This document shows positions 27,796 to 36,880 of a stretch of 64,000 nucleotides of DNA, piece by piece. Position 1 is the stretch's first letter, and every line of letters starts with the position of its first letter. This stretch comes from an uncultured Pseudomonadota bacterium (GTDB lineage Bacteria; Chloroflexota; UBA5177; JAJPKF01): the NCBI GenBank assembly GCA_963836045.1, contig CAWIIC010000005.1:821646-885645 (forward strand). Direction: 5' to 3'. Below the pieces are notes generated by a model. The model made no database searches. It was given only the letters and a program-made list of their open reading frames with translations, and was not told where the DNA came from. The position numbers were made by a program, and so were the translations under genes.

Positions 27796-27825
27796 GAAGT
27801 TTTGCTGTTCGGCGGATGCCGATTC

Positions 27826-28770
27826 TTACGTAATCGCTTCTGCGGCCCTCAACTTTGCGCTGCGGCTGCGCGGGTTGTTCCGTATCTCTTCGGCGTCCGC
27901 TCGGATGGGACGCTTGGTGATGATTCGTACTGTGGGTGAGCGGCCACATACGCATTCCGGTAGGTCGGGAGGGCAGATACATCCCCGTGCCTCTGCCTGC
28001 ATGAACTGCTTGACGATTCTGTCCTCAAGCGAGTGAAACGTGATGACCACCAGTCGCCCACTGGGGCGAAGCAGGGATAGCGCTTGCGGCAGAGCCGCTC
28101 TGAGCCGGTCAAGCTCGTCATTCACCGCGATGCGCAGTGCCTGAAATACTCGTGTGGCGGGATCGATCCGACTTCGCGTCTTTGGAACGGCTCTCCGCAC
28201 GGTGTCGGCCAGCTGATCTGTCGTGCGGAAAGGAGTTAGCAGACGCTCTCGCACGATACTCCGAGCAATCCGCCGCGAGTGTCGCTCCTCGCCCAGATAG
28301 TAGAAAATGTCCGCCAGCTCGCTCTCTTGCGCGGCGTTCACAATGTCTGCCGCCGTTCTCCGTGCACCGGGACCCATCCGCATGTCTAGCGGTCCGGTTG
28401 ATCGGAAGGAGAAGCCTCGAGCCGGCGTGTCCAGCTGTCGCGAGCTGACGCCGAGGTCGAATAGTACTCCATCAAAGTGATGTTTTCCACCGAGCCCCAC
28501 CCTGGAGGCCAGATCGTCATAGTATGCTTCTGTCAGAGAAACCCGGCTCCCATATCGTCCGAGACGCTCCCGAGCAACGCTCAGTGCCTCGGGATCGGCG
28601 TCTATGCCCACGAGCGTTCCATCCGGGCTACTACCTTGGAGGATGCGGTCGGCATGGCCGGCTCCTCCGACTGTAGCGTCGATGTAGGCTCCGCCGGGGT
28701 GTGGTTGGAGGAGAGCAATTGCCTCTGCTGCCAGAACAGGAACATGCTCATACCGGTCAACTGAGTCCAT
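27826..28770 (-). CDS. rsmH: 16S rRNA (cytosine1402-N4)-methyltransferase
   Basis: HVPVL, DATVGGAGH, FDLGVSSRQLD, FHSLEDR. Confidence 0.93.
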   Translation of the reverse strand: MDSVDRYEHVPVLAAEAIALLQPHPGGAYIDATVGGAGHADRILQGSSPDGTLVGIDADPEALSVARERLGRYGSRVSLTEAYYDDLASRVGLGGKHHFDGVLFDLGVSSRQLDTPARGFSFRSTGPLDMRMGPGARRTAADIVNAAQESELADIFYYLGEERHSRRIARSIVRERLLTPFRTTDQLADTVRRAVPKTRSRIDPATRVFQALRIAVNDELDRLRAALPQALSLLRPSGRLVVITFHSLEDRIVKQFMQAEARGCICPPDLPECVCGRSPTVRIITKRPIRADAEEIRNNPRSRSAKLRAAEAIT

Positions 28771-29212
28771 AGCCGTTGGCCGTGCTTTCCATCCCGTGAT
28801 GCCAATCCCAGGCCTCTGGGTCCCAGAGCTGAACGTGGTCTGAGGCTGTGGTGACCATGACCCGGACTCTAATGCGGGCGAATCTACGGCAGTCGTCGGG
28901 CAGGGAGATACAACCCTCCCGGTCGACGATGCATGTGTGGGTGCTCAAATTCATGGTCTGGGCCACGAGTCGCGCCTCGTAGCGTACGTCGCTCCCGTCG
29001 GTGATGACCGAGATAAGCCGCAACCACCGCTCGGGAGGATAAAGCCGTAGCGAGCCGTCAAACCACTTGACGACGACGATGTCCGGCCCCAGCTTCCTCC
29101 TGATGCTCCTTGGCAGGGCGACCCGGTTGCCGGGATGCAGCCGTTGCTCCGGCTGCAGCAGCACGAGTTGGTCGCGGGAGCCCGCAGCCGCTCCCGCCGG
29201 ATAGCTAATCAT
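28757..29212 (-). CDS. mraZ: divergent MraZ-like transcriptional regulator; start uncertain (ATG 29212 or GTG 29164)
   Basis: First gene of the dcw cluster. GNRVALPRSIRRKLG...DGSLRLYPPERW resembles the MraZ/AbrB-like repeat (KGRxxxPxxxR ... CLxxYP..W). ATG 29212 lies inside the third operator box. Confidence 0.65.
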   Translation of the reverse strand: MISYPAGAAAGSRDQLVLLQPEQRLHPGNRVALPRSIRRKLGPDIVVVKWFDGSLRLYPPERWLRLISVITDGSDVRYEARLVAQTMNLSTHTCIVDREGCISLPDDCRRFARIRVRVMVTTASDHVQLWDPEAWDWHHGMESTANGYGLS

Positions 29213-29240
29213 CACCACTGGCCCCCACTTAGCCCCACTT
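29211..29240 (-). promoter_or_regulatory. three direct 10-bp-phased MraZ-box-like repeats (putative MraZ operator)
   Basis: The minus strand reads AAGTGGGGCT AAGTGGGGGC CAGTGGTGAT, immediately downstream of the predicted -10. A fourth copy, TAAGTGGGGCCT, is at 29361-29372. Confidence 0.6.
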
Positions 29241-29247
29241 GAAGTAA

Positions 29248-29275
29248 TTATTACAGGCGAGGTGATGATTTGCAA
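29248..29275 (-). promoter_or_regulatory. sigma-70-type promoter of the dcw cluster (Pmra-like)
   Basis: On the minus strand, TTGCAA (29275-29270), a 16-nt spacer, then TAATAA (29253-29248). This is an AT-rich island in otherwise GC-rich DNA. Confidence 0.55.
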
Positions 29276-29738
29276 GTAACAAATAGCCAATGTCTACAGG
29301 GTCTAACGGTCAAGGATACAATAGGGTACTGTGAATGACTCAAGGCACCGAGACGGGAATAGGCCCCACTTACCGGGAGTCCAATACGGCGATCAGAGAG
29401 AAGCTCTGGCCGCCATCGTGTTCCAATGCGTGGACTGGGCCCACGATCACCTCCGGGACATCGTCTTGGCGGCCGCATTTGTCCTGATCTGGGCCGTCGT
29501 TTTTACATTCGTGGCCAGGTAGCATTCGTGCCACAGCTCCCGGGCGACCAAGTCGGCGGACGCGCTCTCGTCTGAGATCACACTGATTGGTCCGGTCACA
29601 GGGCATGGTCCAGTTCGTTGGGTTCCACCTTCGATTCGATTGATAATCATGGGAGTGTGAGTCCCGGCTCTCCTTGAATCAAGTGGTTCCCGCCAAAAAG
29701 GATTAGATGCGTATGATCCGGAAGCCCGCGGGCGGCGT

Positions 29739-30341
29739 ATGACTGAACGAGATGTGAATGACGTTGAAACCGATGAAACGGGCACTCGAGAGGATGCGCA
29801 GCTTATCCTCGCTCTCAGTCGTCGAGAGGATGACGCGCTGGAACAGCTGTACGACCGCTATGCCGGCCTCTGCATGGCATTGGCGTACAGGATGCTCGGT
29901 GAGCGTCAGGCCGCGGAGGATGTCGTCCAGGAAGCCTTCTTAAATGTGTGGCGCGGCGCGGCCACGTACGATCCCAGGCGCAGTGGAGCGCGATCCTGGC
30001 TGGTCAGCATCGTTCGCAATCGCTGCATCGACAGGCTTCGCGGGAAGGCAGTGCGCCCGCAGCTTGCCGGCGAAGAAGCGATTGCTGACAAGCCGGGTGG
30101 GCATGACGTGTGGAAGGAAGTCGCTCAATCTCTTTCTCGAGAGGAGATACGCGGGGCGCTGGACCAACTGCCGAAGGAACAGCGAGACACCATCGAGCTG
30201 GCGTACTTTGGTGGTCTCACCCAGGTCGAGATCGCTGAACGAATGGGCGTCCCCCTGGGTACGGTCAAGGGCCGCGTACGCATATCGCTGCAGCGGCTTC
30301 GAGGACTCCTCGGTGGTCTGGAACCGGACGAGGTGTCATGA
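29739..30341 (+). CDS. ECF-type RNA polymerase sigma factor (sigma-70 family, regions 2 and 4)
   Basis: Region 2 VVQEAFLNVWRGAATYDP...SWLVSIVRNRCIDRLR and region 4 LPKEQRDTIELAYFGGLTQVEIAERMGVPLGTVKGR. Confidence 0.9.
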   Translation: MTERDVNDVETDETGTREDAQLILALSRREDDALEQLYDRYAGLCMALAYRMLGERQAAEDVVQEAFLNVWRGAATYDPRRSGARSWLVSIVRNRCIDRLRGKAVRPQLAGEEAIADKPGGHDVWKEVAQSLSREEIRGALDQLPKEQRDTIELAYFGGLTQVEIAERMGVPLGTVKGRVRISLQRLRGLLGGLEPDEVS

Positions 30342-31093
30342 ACGCGCATGTTGACGACTCGATAGCCGCATATGCCCTCGGTGCACTTGAACCCGAGGAG
30401 CAGGCAGAGGTGGAGAGTCATCTGGCGGTTTGTGACCACTGCCGCTCCGAGCTCGAGACCCTCGAAGAGACGCTTGGCCTCATTCCCGTGTCGCTCGACC
30501 CGATGCCTCCGTCGCCCCAGCTCAAGGGCCGACTCTTAGCCGCCGCTCTGTCGAAAGATGATGTGGACGCGCAGCAGTCACCTCTGGATCACGCGGGGCG
30601 TCTCATGCCGCCGATACCCATCAGGACCCGCCGGGCACGCGTTTCTAAATTTGCCCTTCCGGCATTGGCCGCGGCGGCTCTGGTACTGATCGTTGCCGGC
30701 GTGCTGATAAACCGTTCTCGACAGCAGTCGCCTCAGCAGCAGTACGCTACATACGTCAGCCAGGCGCGATCGCGTGGCGACACCGTAATCGTCCTCAAGC
30801 CCGTGCATCGTGCCCGGCCCGAGGCGACTCTCGCTGTAGCCAAGTCTGGTCAGGCGTCCCTGATCGTAGGCCCTGCATCCCCCCCACCAGCCGGAAAGGT
30901 GTACCAGCTCTGGTACATGAATCTGCCCACAGCGAGGGGTGTGACGGTCTTCAAGACGAGCCGGCATCACGCTCAGGTCCTGAAATTGCATCTGAGTCCG
31001 CATGGATACAAGCTCACTGGGGTAACCGCCGAGCCTGGTCCTGACGGAAGCCCCAAGCCAACTAGTAGCCCCATCCTGGTCGGCTCCATCTAA
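30338..31093 (+). CDS. anti-sigma factor, zf-HC2 N-terminus plus RskA-like extracytoplasmic domain
   Basis: HLAVCDHCRSELE (HxxxCxxC), a central TM, and C-terminal GKVYQLWYM typical of the anti-sigma-K RskA domain. ATGA-coupled to the sigma gene. Confidence 0.8.
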   Translation: MNAHVDDSIAAYALGALEPEEQAEVESHLAVCDHCRSELETLEETLGLIPVSLDPMPPSPQLKGRLLAAALSKDDVDAQQSPLDHAGRLMPPIPIRTRRARVSKFALPALAAAALVLIVAGVLINRSRQQSPQQQYATYVSQARSRGDTVIVLKPVHRARPEATLAVAKSGQASLIVGPASPPPAGKVYQLWYMNLPTARGVTVFKTSRHHAQVLKLHLSPHGYKLTGVTAEPGPDGSPKPTSSPILVGSI

Positions 31094-31170
31094 CGTTAAG
31101 GATCTTCACACCCCAATGCCGTACACTGAGTACACCGGACAGCTGCAAAGCACTCACGGAGGATCAAAAC

Positions 31171-31512
31171 ATGATCGCAGGACATTTGCCCGAGATTCTC
31201 ATCATTGCGGTAATCGCAGTGATTTTTCTGGGGCCAAAAAGGCTGCCCGAGGCCGGACGGGGCCTGGGCAAAGCTCTGAAAGGCTTTAAGGATGAGACTA
31301 AGGGCCTGCGCGAAGACCTATCGTCTATCAAGGAAGAGACTGACGGGCTCAAAGAGCAGGTAACCAACATCCAGACCGATGTTCACAAGACCGTGGCTCA
31401 GTCAGTAGATTCTCGGCCCGAAGCAACTGCCCGCCCTGCCGAACCGGTGGCTGTGGGCACCGCCCTAGATAATCAAAACCGGCCACACGAGCCCGAAAAA
31501 GGCGAAGTGTAG
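31171..31512 (+). CDS. tatA: twin-arginine translocase TatA/E family protein
   Basis: LIIAVIAVIFLGPKRLPEAGRGLGKALKGFK. GGAGG lies 8 nt upstream. Confidence 0.9.
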   Translation: MIAGHLPEILIIAVIAVIFLGPKRLPEAGRGLGKALKGFKDETKGLREDLSSIKEETDGLKEQVTNIQTDVHKTVAQSVDSRPEATARPAEPVAVGTALDNQNRPHEPEKGEV

Positions 31513-31530
31513 TTAGCCTCTCGGACTCCA

Positions 31531-31558
31531 CTACAACTGACGACTGACAACGACCACC
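31531..31558 (+). repeat. heptamer tandem array CTACAAC TGACGAC TGACAAC GACCACC
   Basis: Direct reading of the sequence. Lies between the tatA stop and the conserved N-terminus of the TrmH-family gene. Confidence 0.7.
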
Positions 31559-31633
31559 ATTCGGAGCATCGCGAACTCAAAGGTTAAGGAAGTTCGCCGC
31601 CTGCGATCCCGCAAGGAACGCCAAGAATCGGGG

Positions 31634-32356
31634 ATGTACTTCGCCGAGGGCATCCGTCTCGTGGTGGAGGCTGCTAGCAGCGGGACGCCGCTCGAGCTCT
31701 TGGTTGTTGCCCCTGAACTGCTCCACGGAAGGGCGGGAAGTCAAGTGGTCGCCGAGCTTGCAGAACGAAACGTGCCCGCGCTCGAGGTCTCGCCCGAAGT
31801 CTTCGTGAGCATCTCACAAAGGGAGAACCCGCAGGGCATCGGCATAGTCGCTCGCTCGCAGTATCAATCTCTAGAAGACCTCTCACCCGCGAGCGGACTC
31901 TGCTGGGTCGCGCTGGTACGACCGCAGGACCCCGGTAATCTCGGCTCAATTCTCCGCACCTGTGAGTCCGTTGGAGCCGGAGGCGTCGTGCTTCTTGATA
32001 CTTCGGTGGATGCATATGATCCCAAGTCGGTGCGGGCGAGCATGGGGGCAATTTTTACCCAAAGAGTAGTCCAGACCGATTTGGCCGGGCTGTCTCGATG
32101 GCGTGAGGAGCACCGGGTGACGATGATCGGCGTTACCGGCGATGGTCACCGAAACTATCGTGAGCTGGAGTACCGTCGCCCGTTGATACTGCTGATGGGC
32201 AGTGAGCGCGAGGGCCTCTCACGCGAAGAGGTCGCCGCCAGCGACGATACGGTCTTCCTCCCCATGGCGGGCGCCTCCGACTCGCTAAACCTATCCGTCG
32301 CCACCGGCATAGTTCTCTACGAGGTCCTGCATCGGCAGCAAACGGGATCTCTCTAA
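31634..32356 (+). CDS. TrmH/SpoU-family RNA 2'-O-methyltransferase; conserved N-terminal residues extend upstream to about 31544 with no canonical start
   Basis: SPOUT motifs NLGSILRT, LLMGSEREGLS and LNLSVATGIVLYE. The upstream in-frame sequence is IRSIANSKVKEVRRLRSRKERQESG. Confidence 0.8.
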   Translation: MYFAEGIRLVVEAASSGTPLELLVVAPELLHGRAGSQVVAELAERNVPALEVSPEVFVSISQRENPQGIGIVARSQYQSLEDLSPASGLCWVALVRPQDPGNLGSILRTCESVGAGGVVLLDTSVDAYDPKSVRASMGAIFTQRVVQTDLAGLSRWREEHRVTMIGVTGDGHRNYRELEYRRPLILLMGSEREGLSREEVAASDDTVFLPMAGASDSLNLSVATGIVLYEVLHRQQTGSL

Positions 32357-32524
32357 GCTCCGAGTCGCATCTACCTGATTGGGCGATTAGGCTCTCGGCC
32401 TGCCGCTGCTCAAACAGAAGACCTTTACCCCGGGCAATCATAACGAAATCACCATCGCGCAGACCCCAAACACTGGACAGTATTGACAGTTCGGTTATCC
32501 GGCCCAGTTGGTAGACTCGAAGCG

Positions 32525-33712
32525 ATGACACGCACATTTTTCAACCCACAGCTTCGCGTCCCAGGACCTACCCCAATACCCGAGCGCGTCGTTCGTGCGG
32601 CCGCCAGGCCCATGATCAACCATCGCGGACCGGAATTCGCCGAACTTCTGTCTGAGATCGTCACCAATCTACAGACTTCGCTTAACACCAAGAACGAGAT
32701 ACTGCTGTTTGCCGGAAGTGGTACGACCGGGCTCGAGGCCGCGGTAGTGAACACGCTGAGCCCGGGCGAAAAAGCCTTGTTCTGCACCATCGGCAGTTTC
32801 GGCGACCGATGGGCCGACATAGGAAACGCCTACGGAGTGGACGTCCTACGACTCAAGGTCCCTTCGGGCACGGCTTTGAAGGCAGACGAGGTTGGGCGTG
32901 TGCTGGAGGAGAATCCAGACATCGATAAGGTCTACGTGACCCATAACGAGACCTCGACCGGTGTTACCAACGATATCGCCGCCATCGCATCGGTAGTGAA
33001 GCGGAAGCCGCGCCTGCTATGCGTCGACAGCGTCAGCGGCGCCGGCTGCCTGCCCTTGAACGTCGACGACCTCGATCTCGATGTTGTGGTCACTGGGTCT
33101 CAGAAGGGCTGGATGACGCCTCCCGGTCTCACCATGCTCAGCGTGAGCCCGGCTGCGTACCGCGCTGCGGAATCCGCTACCATCCCTCGATGGACCCTGG
33201 ACTTCGCACGGCAGAAGAAGTTCCAAGACAAATCTCAGACCTATGCCACTCCGCCTGTCTCGGTTCTCTACGCTCTACAGGAGGGGCTGCGCATCATCCT
33301 CGAGGAAGGCGTCGAGGACGTGTGGGCACGCCACTCGCGAGTAGGAGCGATGACTCGCGCCGGTCTCGAGGCTATCGGTCTCCAGCTCTTTGCTGAGCCA
33401 GGATATCGCAGCGATACGGTGACAGCCATTGCCAACCCTCTCGGATCCCCCGACGAGCTCAAGGCACTGACAACCCGCTGGCGGACTGAGTATGGTCTGG
33501 TCGTCGCCGGTGGCCAGGGCGATCTTCAGGGCAAGATCTTTCGCATCGGACACCTCGGAATGGTCGACGAGCGAGACGTGTTCGTCATCCTGGCCGTCGT
33601 CGAGCAGGGCCTGGTGGACGTGGGCTTCCTCGAGAGCACTGGAGTCGCAGTGCCGGCCGCCCAAGCCGTCCTTCATCCGCGGCGCGCTCCTGAGCCGGTC
33701 GCCGTATCTTGA
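32525..33712 (+). CDS. class-V pyridoxal-phosphate aminotransferase (serine-glyoxylate/AGXT family; likely phosphoserine aminotransferase role next to serA)
   Basis: VPGPTPIPERV...INHRGPEF...HNETSTGV...VTGSQKGWM (PLP lysine context). The stop overlaps the serA start. Confidence 0.75.
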   Translation: MTRTFFNPQLRVPGPTPIPERVVRAAARPMINHRGPEFAELLSEIVTNLQTSLNTKNEILLFAGSGTTGLEAAVVNTLSPGEKALFCTIGSFGDRWADIGNAYGVDVLRLKVPSGTALKADEVGRVLEENPDIDKVYVTHNETSTGVTNDIAAIASVVKRKPRLLCVDSVSGAGCLPLNVDDLDLDVVVTGSQKGWMTPPGLTMLSVSPAAYRAAESATIPRWTLDFARQKKFQDKSQTYATPPVSVLYALQEGLRIILEEGVEDVWARHSRVGAMTRAGLEAIGLQLFAEPGYRSDTVTAIANPLGSPDELKALTTRWRTEYGLVVAGGQGDLQGKIFRIGHLGMVDERDVFVILAVVEQGLVDVGFLESTGVAVPAAQAVLHPRRAPEPVAVS

Positions 33713-35331
33713 CGCTCGCCGTCGAGACGGATAAGCAAGCTAAACAGGATCTCTCCCCTCGCATTCTCGTCGCCGATCCTCTCGCTCCCGATGGACTTGA
33801 GCGGCTCGAGCGTATAGGGCATGTAGATGTTGCGACAGGCCTGTCGTCCGAGGAGCTCCTGGCCCGCATAGGGGACTACGACGCACTGGTGGTCCGCAGC
33901 GAGACCCAGGTCACGGCCGATGTGCTGCAGGCTGGAGCCAAGCTGCGGGTCGTCGGTCGAGCCGGCGTTGGTGTGGACAACATCGACCTCGACGCCGCGA
34001 CGAGCGCGGGCGTTCTGGTGGTCAATGCGCCTACGGGAAATACCGTGGCGGCGGCGGAACACGTCATCGGCGTGATTTTTGCCCTGATGCGGAATATTCC
34101 CAAAGCCGATGCCGCCATGCACTCTGGCGGATGGGACCGCAAGCGGTTCACCGGTCAGGAGCTGAGAGGAAAAACTCTCGGATTACTGGGACTCGGGAAG
34201 ATCGGCTACGAGGTGGCGCGAATGGCGTCACAGGGCTTGCAGATGTCGGTGATCGCCTACGATCCTCTCGTAACCGCCGATCGCGCCGAGCAAGCGGGAG
34301 CAAGCCTCGTTGACTTCGATACGCTGCTCGAGACGTCGGACATCCTGTCGGTGCATGTTCCATTAACTCCCAAGACCCGCGGCATTATCTCCAACAAAGA
34401 GCTACATCGAATGCGCAAGGGATCGCGCGTCGTGAATGTTGCCCGTGGCGGCATCATTGACGAGAACGACCTGGAAGTGGCCATAAAGGATGGCCATATC
34501 GCCGGCGCCGCTGTTGACGTATTTACGACGGAGCCACTTCCACCCAACCACCCCTTGAGACTGCTGAATGAAGTGGTGCTGACGCCACACCTCGGAGCCA
34601 GTACGGAAGAAGCCCAGGTGAACGTTGCCACCGACGTAGCGGACCAAATCGGACAGTACCTCTCTGGCGAAACGCCGCCCCATGCTGTGAACGCCCCCGC
34701 AATCCTGTCGGAGGATGCTCTTCGCCTAAGGCCGTACCTCAGTCTTAGCTTCAAACTGGGATCGCTTGCGGGCCAGCTGACCGGCACCGGCATCAGACAG
34801 TTGACCTGCTCCTACTCAAAGGAGCTGGCTGGAACGGCGGTGCACTACCTGACTGCCGAGGCGCTACGAGGTTTGTTCGCTCACTTTACCGAGGCGCGCA
34901 TCAATCCCGTCAACGCGAGAGTAGTGGCCTCGAGTCATGGAATAGCGGTCGAGGAACGAACGACGACGGAGTCGCTCGACGGAGCGGCCGCGGTGCAGAT
35001 CGAGGCAGTTGGAGACGGCACCCTGGTGGTTGCCGGAGCGCTCGTTCACGGAGAGCCACGGATCACGCGGATCGGCGGATTCCGCCTCGACATGGGGGCC
35101 GAAGGTATCTTTTTGGTTGGAAGTCATACCGATAGGCCCGGCGTCGTGGCGGTCATTGCCAGGCTTCTGGCCGCGGGAGATATCAACATCGCCGGGATCG
35201 AGCTGGGCCGGGACACGCCGCGTGGACAGGCGGTGATGGTGATGCAGGTCGACGATCCCGTTAGTCCGGCCCTGGCGGCACAAATCCAGCGCGAGGCAGG
35301 CCTGGACCAGCTAACCGTAGTCGAGCTCTGA
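33709..35331 (+). CDS. serA: D-3-phosphoglycerate dehydrogenase (long form with ASB and ACT domains)
   Basis: GLLGLGKIGYEVA NAD-binding motif, NVARGGIIDE, HLGASTEEAQ, and a C-terminal ACT-like segment. Length 540 aa. Confidence 0.9.
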   Translation: MTLAVETDKQAKQDLSPRILVADPLAPDGLERLERIGHVDVATGLSSEELLARIGDYDALVVRSETQVTADVLQAGAKLRVVGRAGVGVDNIDLDAATSAGVLVVNAPTGNTVAAAEHVIGVIFALMRNIPKADAAMHSGGWDRKRFTGQELRGKTLGLLGLGKIGYEVARMASQGLQMSVIAYDPLVTADRAEQAGASLVDFDTLLETSDILSVHVPLTPKTRGIISNKELHRMRKGSRVVNVARGGIIDENDLEVAIKDGHIAGAAVDVFTTEPLPPNHPLRLLNEVVLTPHLGASTEEAQVNVATDVADQIGQYLSGETPPHAVNAPAILSEDALRLRPYLSLSFKLGSLAGQLTGTGIRQLTCSYSKELAGTAVHYLTAEALRGLFAHFTEARINPVNARVVASSHGIAVEERTTTESLDGAAAVQIEAVGDGTLVVAGALVHGEPRITRIGGFRLDMGAEGIFLVGSHTDRPGVVAVIARLLAAGDINIAGIELGRDTPRGQAVMVMQVDDPVSPALAAQIQREAGLDQLTVVEL

Positions 35332-35365
35332 CCGAGCCGCCCAGCGACCAGGAGATGCTCTAACA

Positions 35366-36634
35366 GTGGCCACGGTGCGCCCGTTTCAGGGGCTGCTTTA
35401 CGATCCCGCTCGAGTCAACCTGGACCTCGTGCTGGCTCCTCCATACGACGTTATCGATAGGGAAGAGCTGGCAATGCTGCGTGCCCGCGACGAGCACAAC
35501 ATAGTTTGGGTCGATTGCCCGGTCGCCGGCTCGGACGTTGCCGGCGCGAACGATGCAGTGTACGAAGAGGCGGCCTCACGCCTTCGATCCTGGGAGCAGC
35601 AGGGGATTGTCAAGACCGATGTATCACCGTCCTTCTATGCTTGTGAGCACCAATTTAGCCGGCCACATGGCGGCGGATCCGTGGTCAGGCGGGGGATATT
35701 CGTCCACGTTGGCGTGGAAGCGATGGAAAAGGGCGAGATGCTTCGACACGAGCGAACCCTTGCCGGTCCTAAGCGCGACAGACTGCGGCTACTTCGCGCA
35801 ACCCAGACGCAAACCTCTCCGATCTTTGCACTCTGGGACGGGGCATCGGGCATCGAGTCTCTGCTCGAGTCAGTTGCCGGGAGGAAGCCTTTGTTGAGCG
35901 GCGAAATGGCCGCCGACCGGCATGCCATCTGGCGCCTGTGTGACCCCACGGCCGTCGAGACTTTGACGTCGTTATTCTCGTCGTCGGATCTGTACATCGC
36001 CGACGGCCATCACCGTTGGGAAACCGTTACCGGCTATCTGAGCGGCCTGGCCTCTGGTGTCGGTACCGGAGTTCTGGTGTTCCTCAGCTCCGCCAGCGAC
36101 CCCGGATTGATAATGCTGCCGACTCACCGGATGGTGGTCGAGCAGAGGCCGGGGCTAAAAGACTCGGCGGCGCTGTCCCGTGCACTGCCGGCTGGCTGGA
36201 CCCTTGACGAAGTCGAGTCGTTAGCTGTAGGTCAGCAAAAGTCGGCCGAGCTGCGCGAAACCTTCCACGCCGTTGTGGCAGTCCTGCCAGGTTCGGTCAG
36301 CGTTCTGTCCCGGCCGAAGCGGGTGGGCGCGAGCCCACGTGAGGCACTGGACGTGGTCGTGCTCGAGGAAGAGGTGCTTGCGGCTGCGGGCATCGACAAG
36401 TCAGCTATCGAGGAAGGAGCTCTACGGTACGATCGGGACGCCGGTTCGGTAGCTGATGCAGTTGTGTCCGGACAGGTGGCGGGCGGCTTCGTTCTCAACG
36501 CCTCCAGCCCCCGGGACATGATGGCCGTGGCGGCCGCCGGCGACGTGATGCCTCAGAAGTCCACTTACTTCTATCCCAAGGTCCCGACCGGCCTGGTCAT
36601 GTCGGCGCTCAGCAACCGGCCCTCGAAGGCTTAG
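35366..36634 (+). CDS. DUF1015 domain-containing protein
   Basis: N-terminus VRPFQGLLYDP...VLAPPYDVI and ADGHHRWET are typical of DUF1015. Confidence 0.8.
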   Translation: MATVRPFQGLLYDPARVNLDLVLAPPYDVIDREELAMLRARDEHNIVWVDCPVAGSDVAGANDAVYEEAASRLRSWEQQGIVKTDVSPSFYACEHQFSRPHGGGSVVRRGIFVHVGVEAMEKGEMLRHERTLAGPKRDRLRLLRATQTQTSPIFALWDGASGIESLLESVAGRKPLLSGEMAADRHAIWRLCDPTAVETLTSLFSSSDLYIADGHHRWETVTGYLSGLASGVGTGVLVFLSSASDPGLIMLPTHRMVVEQRPGLKDSAALSRALPAGWTLDEVESLAVGQQKSAELRETFHAVVAVLPGSVSVLSRPKRVGASPREALDVVVLEEEVLAAAGIDKSAIEEGALRYDRDAGSVADAVVSGQVAGGFVLNASSPRDMMAVAAAGDVMPQKSTYFYPKVPTGLVMSALSNRPSKA

Positions 36635-36682
36635 CTAGGGTGCTAGAAATTTGCTGATGCATCGCCCCCGAACTAAGCTCTG

Positions 36683-36880
36683 ATGGAGCGCATTGCAGAA
36701 GATCCACAGCTCCGTCGCTGGCCGAGGTTCCATGTTGCCCGCGCCGATCTCCTGCTGCGTCTGGGCAGAATCACTGACGCCGTTCAGGCTTACGACGCGG
36801 CCCTTGCGCTGCATCCGCCCCGCTCCGAGCAAGCCTTTATTCAGCGCCGTCTGAACGAGGTAGGCACAGGGCAAGATTGA
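36683..36880 (+). pseudogene. orphan C-terminal fragment resembling the DUF6596/TPR-like tail of SigJ-type ECF sigma factors
   Basis: FHVARADLLLRLGRITDAVQAYDAALALHP...QAFIQRRLNEV matches the usual tail (...RADLLRRLGR..EA..AY..AL.L...ERRFLERRL). A TAA stop lies 6 nt upstream of the ATG, so no sigma regions 2 or 4 are present. Confidence 0.45.

Noticed and set aside
29331-29522. 63-aa GTG-initiated ORF with a hydrophobic C-terminus, in the mraZ/ECF-sigma divergent intergenic region.
   Set aside because: It has no ribosome-binding site and overlaps the fourth MraZ-like box. The N-terminal half is Arg/His/Asp-rich and unlike a real protein. The region is more plausibly regulatory DNA.
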